Positions 61,497 through 64,000 of a DNA stretch of 64,000 bases are shown here, one piece after another. This DNA comes from Pirellula sp. GTDB taxonomy: Bacteria; Planctomycetota; Planctomycetia; Pirellulales; Pirellulaceae. The notes below the pieces were generated by a model. That model ran no database searches, was not told the origin of the DNA, and worked only from the letters and a program-made list of their open reading frames with translations. Within the stretch, counting starts at the first letter, position 1. The number at the start of each line of letters is the position of its first letter. The translations under genes were made by a program, and so were the position numbers. The stretch lies in assembly GCA_043757445.1 (NCBI GenBank), contig JAYVPJ010000079.1, positions 74,301 to 138,300 of the forward strand, read 5' to 3'.

Positions 61497-64000
61497 TTAT
61501 GCAAACAATGGGTTTTGCTTTTCGGGGTCGAAACCAAGGTCCTTGATGGCTTTGGCAACTTCGCTGCCTGGGATAGTCCCTGGCTTGCTGAGTCGATACA
61601 AAGCCGCAATCGTGATCGAAACCGCATCGACTTCGAAATGTCGACGCAAGGCTTGCCGCGTTTCGCTGCGACCGAGCCCATCGCAACCCAAGACGTAGTA
61701 GTCAGAGGACACGTAGGGTAGCAATTGTTCTGCAACCGCGCGAACATTGTCGCTAGCCGAAATGATCGGTCCCTGGACATCCGCTAGGACGGTCTCGACG
61801 TAGCTCTTGCGCGGTGTTTGATCAGGATGAAGCATATTCCAGCGCTCGCAGGTTTGTGCCTCTCGACGAAGTTGCGTGTAGCTGGTCACGCTCCAAACAT
61901 CGCTAGCAACTTGGTACTTTTCTGCCAGGATCTTTTGTGATTCCAAAGCGCATCGCAGGATGGATCCGCTGCCGAAGAGTTGAACACGGGCTTTCGCTCC
62001 TGGCACCTCGTTCGATGAAAACTTGTAGATCCCCTTGATGATGCCTTCTTCGACCCCTTCTGGCATCGCCGGCATTTCATAATCTTCGTTATGAACAGTG
62101 ATGTAGTAGATCCCGGTCTCGTCTTCTTGGAAAAGGCGACGCATGCCATCGAGTACAAGAACTACCGTTTCGTAGGCCCAAGCTGGATCGTAGGCACGTA
62201 CCGTTGGAAACGCCATGGCATTGAGGTGACTGTGTCCGTCTTGATGCTGGAGTCCCTCGCCATTGAGGGTCGTACGTCCAGCGGTGCCACCAATCAGAAA
62301 TCCCTTTGCTCGCATGTCGGCTGCGGCCCAAATCGAATCGCCAACGCGCTGGAATCCGAACATGGAGTAGTAAATGTAGAAGGGAATCATGTTGATCCCG
62401 TGTGCCGAGTAAGCTGTCCCGGCCGCATTGAAACTACTCATCGAGCCCGCTTCGGTAATCCCCTCTTCCAGGATTTGCCCGTCGCTTGCTTCCTTGTAGT
62501 AACCAATCTTTTGTTCGGCATCCTTGCGATCGATGGGTTCATATAACTGACCGGCATGTGCGTAGATGCCGATCTCGGTAAACAGGCCTTCCATACCGAA
62601 GGTGCGTGACTCATCCGGAACAATCGGAACGATATATTTTCCGACGGTGCTATCTTTCACTAATCGCCCCAGCAATCGAACAAAGCCATTGGTTGTGCTG
62701 ATTGCCCTACCTTCGATCTGGGTGGACATGAACTTGCGATAGTCTTCAAGCTTCGGAGTCTCTAGCTTGGGGTGCACTGTTGGCCGGCTTGGGACTGGTC
62801 CACCAAGAGCCTCGCGACGGTCGAGCAGGTACTTGATCTCATGACTAGATACTGGTGGCTTGTAAAACGGCGCATTGGCTACCTCTTCGTCCGAGATTGG
62901 AATGCCGAATCGGCTTCGGAACTCAAGCAACTCCTTGTCGTTCATTTTCTTTTGGTTGTGAGCGATGTTGCGACCCTCGCCAGCTTCGCCTAGCCCGTAA
63001 CCCTTGATCGTCTTGGCCAGGATAACTGTTGGTTGACCTTTGTGCTCGACTGCAGCTTTGTATGCCGTGTAAACCTTTTCTGGATCGTGGCCACCTCGCT
63101 TCATCTTTTCGAGACGTTCGTCGGAATAGTTCTCGACCAACTTGAGAAGCTCAGGGTACTTGCCGAAGAAGTGTTCGCGAATGTACGCACCGCCCATGCC
63201 GACATACTTTTGATACTGGCCGTCAACCACTTCGGTCATACGTTGTGCAAGCAGCCCGGACTCGTCTTTGGCGAGAAGTGCGTCCCAATCGCCGCCCCAG
63301 ACAACCTTGATCACATTCCATCCCGCACCGCGGAAGATAGCTTCAAGCTCCTGGATGATCTTGCCGTTGCCTCGAACCGGTCCGTCGAGACGTTGCAGAT
63401 TGCAGTTCACCACGAAGATGAGGTTGTCGAGTTTTTCACGTGAGGCAAGCGTGATCGCTCCAAGTGTTTCGGGTTCGTCGCATTCGCCGTCACCGAGGAA
63501 TGCCCATACCTTTTGACCGGATGTGTCTTTTAAACCTCGATCTTTGAGGTACTCGTTGAAACGAGCCTGGTAGATAGCCATGATCGGACCAAGGCCCATT
63601 GAAACGGTTGGATACTCCCAGAAGTCGGGCATTAGCCATGGGTGCGGATAGCTACAAAGGCCACCGCCGGGTTGCAGTTCTTGTCGGAAGTTCTCCAGGT
63701 TGACTTCGGACAACCGTCCTTCGAGAAATGCACGCGAGTACATGCCTGGCGAGGCGTGCCCCTGAAAATAAATCAGATCCCCCGAGTAGCCCGATTCACC
63801 GCGTCCACGGAAAAAGTGATTGAATCCAACTTCATAAAGCGTTGCGCTGCTAGCAAACGTGCTAATGTGACCACCTACAGAACCCCCGATAAGTCCACCA
63901 TGGTTATCGGTCTTTTTATTGGCTCGCACCACCATGGCCATGGCGTTCCAACGGACAATGCTCTTGATGCGACGTTCGGTCTCGCGATTCCCAGGGTACG
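61497..64000 (-). CDS. aceE: pyruvate dehydrogenase E1 component, homodimeric type; N-terminus outside the window
   Basis: The frame stays open beyond the listed Met to the window edge. YPGNRETERRIKSIVRWNAMAMVVRANKK...GGHISTFASSATLYEVGFNHFFRG matches E. coli AceE. GDGECDEPE TPP motif. Confidence 0.95.
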   Translation of the reverse strand, partial: YPGNRETERRIKSIVRWNAMAMVVRANKKTDNHGGLIGGSVGGHISTFASSATLYEVGFNHFFRGRGESGYSGDLIYFQGHASPGMYSRAFLEGRLSEVNLENFRQELQPGGGLCSYPHPWLMPDFWEYPTVSMGLGPIMAIYQARFNEYLKDRGLKDTSGQKVWAFLGDGECDEPETLGAITLASREKLDNLIFVVNCNLQRLDGPVRGNGKIIQELEAIFRGAGWNVIKVVWGGDWDALLAKDESGLLAQRMTEVVDGQYQKYVGMGGAYIREHFFGKYPELLKLVENYSDERLEKMKRGGHDPEKVYTAYKAAVEHKGQPTVILAKTIKGYGLGEAGEGRNIAHNQKKMNDKELLEFRSRFGIPISDEEVANAPFYKPPVSSHEIKYLLDRREALGGPVPSRPTVHPKLETPKLEDYRKFMSTQIEGRAISTTNGFVRLLGRLVKDSTVGKYIVPIVPDESRTFGMEGLFTEIGIYAHAGQLYEPIDRKDAEQKIGYYKEASDGQILEEGITEAGSMSSFNAAGTAYSAHGINMIPFYIYYSMFGFQRVGDSIWAAADMRAKGFLIGGTAGRTTLNGEGLQHQDGHSHLNAMAFPTVRAYDPAWAYETVVLVLDGMRRLFQEDETGIYYITVHNEDYEMPAMPEGVEEGIIKGIYKFSSNEVPGAKARVQLFGSGSILRCALESQKILAEKYQVASDVWSVTSYTQLRREAQTCERWNMLHPDQTPRKSYVETVLADVQGPIISASDNVRAVAEQLLPYVSSDYYVLGCDGLGRSETRQALRRHFEVDAVSITIAALYRLSKPGTIPGSEVAKAIKDLGFDPEKQNPLFA

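Overview
This 64-kb chromosomal window looks like a Planctomycetota genome of the Pirellulaceae type. That is an inference from lineage-typical genes: a DUF1559/H-X9-DG prepilin-like protein, a PVC-type CxxCH heme protein, a BatA/DUF58 cluster and a PEP-CTERM protein. All family calls come from motif recognition by eye; no searches were run. I support about 49 protein-coding genes. Both edges cut genes: the hrpA 3' part on the left and aceE on the right. I found no rRNA, tRNA, CRISPR array, integrase or transposase gene. Housekeeping blocks are xseB-ispA-dxs-nadK, waaA, fabI, pyrH-frr, an Ada-Zn::AlkA fusion with ogt, ybeY, rplS and aceE-aceF. The loci most worth a second look are these. (1) A translationally coupled operon of an ABC ATPase, a NatB-like permease fused to a CPBP intramembrane protease, and a HlyD adaptor (18.3-22.6 kb). 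(2) A divergent exosortase-like membrane protein coupled to a TPR protein (26.4-29.1 kb), with a PEP-CTERM candidate cargo at 11.8-12.7 kb. (3) An unusually dense set of GC-rich palindromic or MITE-like repeat modules filling almost every large intergenic spacer. These include a 113-nt element inserted into another palindrome with a TA(A) target duplication. Direct copies bracket a hydrolase gene, and inverted 64-nt copies bracket a 5.1-kb four-gene segment. Two 129-nt copies lie behind an orphan ABC ATPase. An 840-bp repeat island sits where a MoxR gene would normally precede DUF58. (4) A 10-nt phased tandem repeat (CCCCGTTTAW) sits immediately 3' of three unrelated genes. (5) A stand-alone B12-binding radical SAM gene has an abutting 16-codon upstream ORF. 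Coordinates follow the ORF track. In a few places my hand counts could be off by 1 nt.
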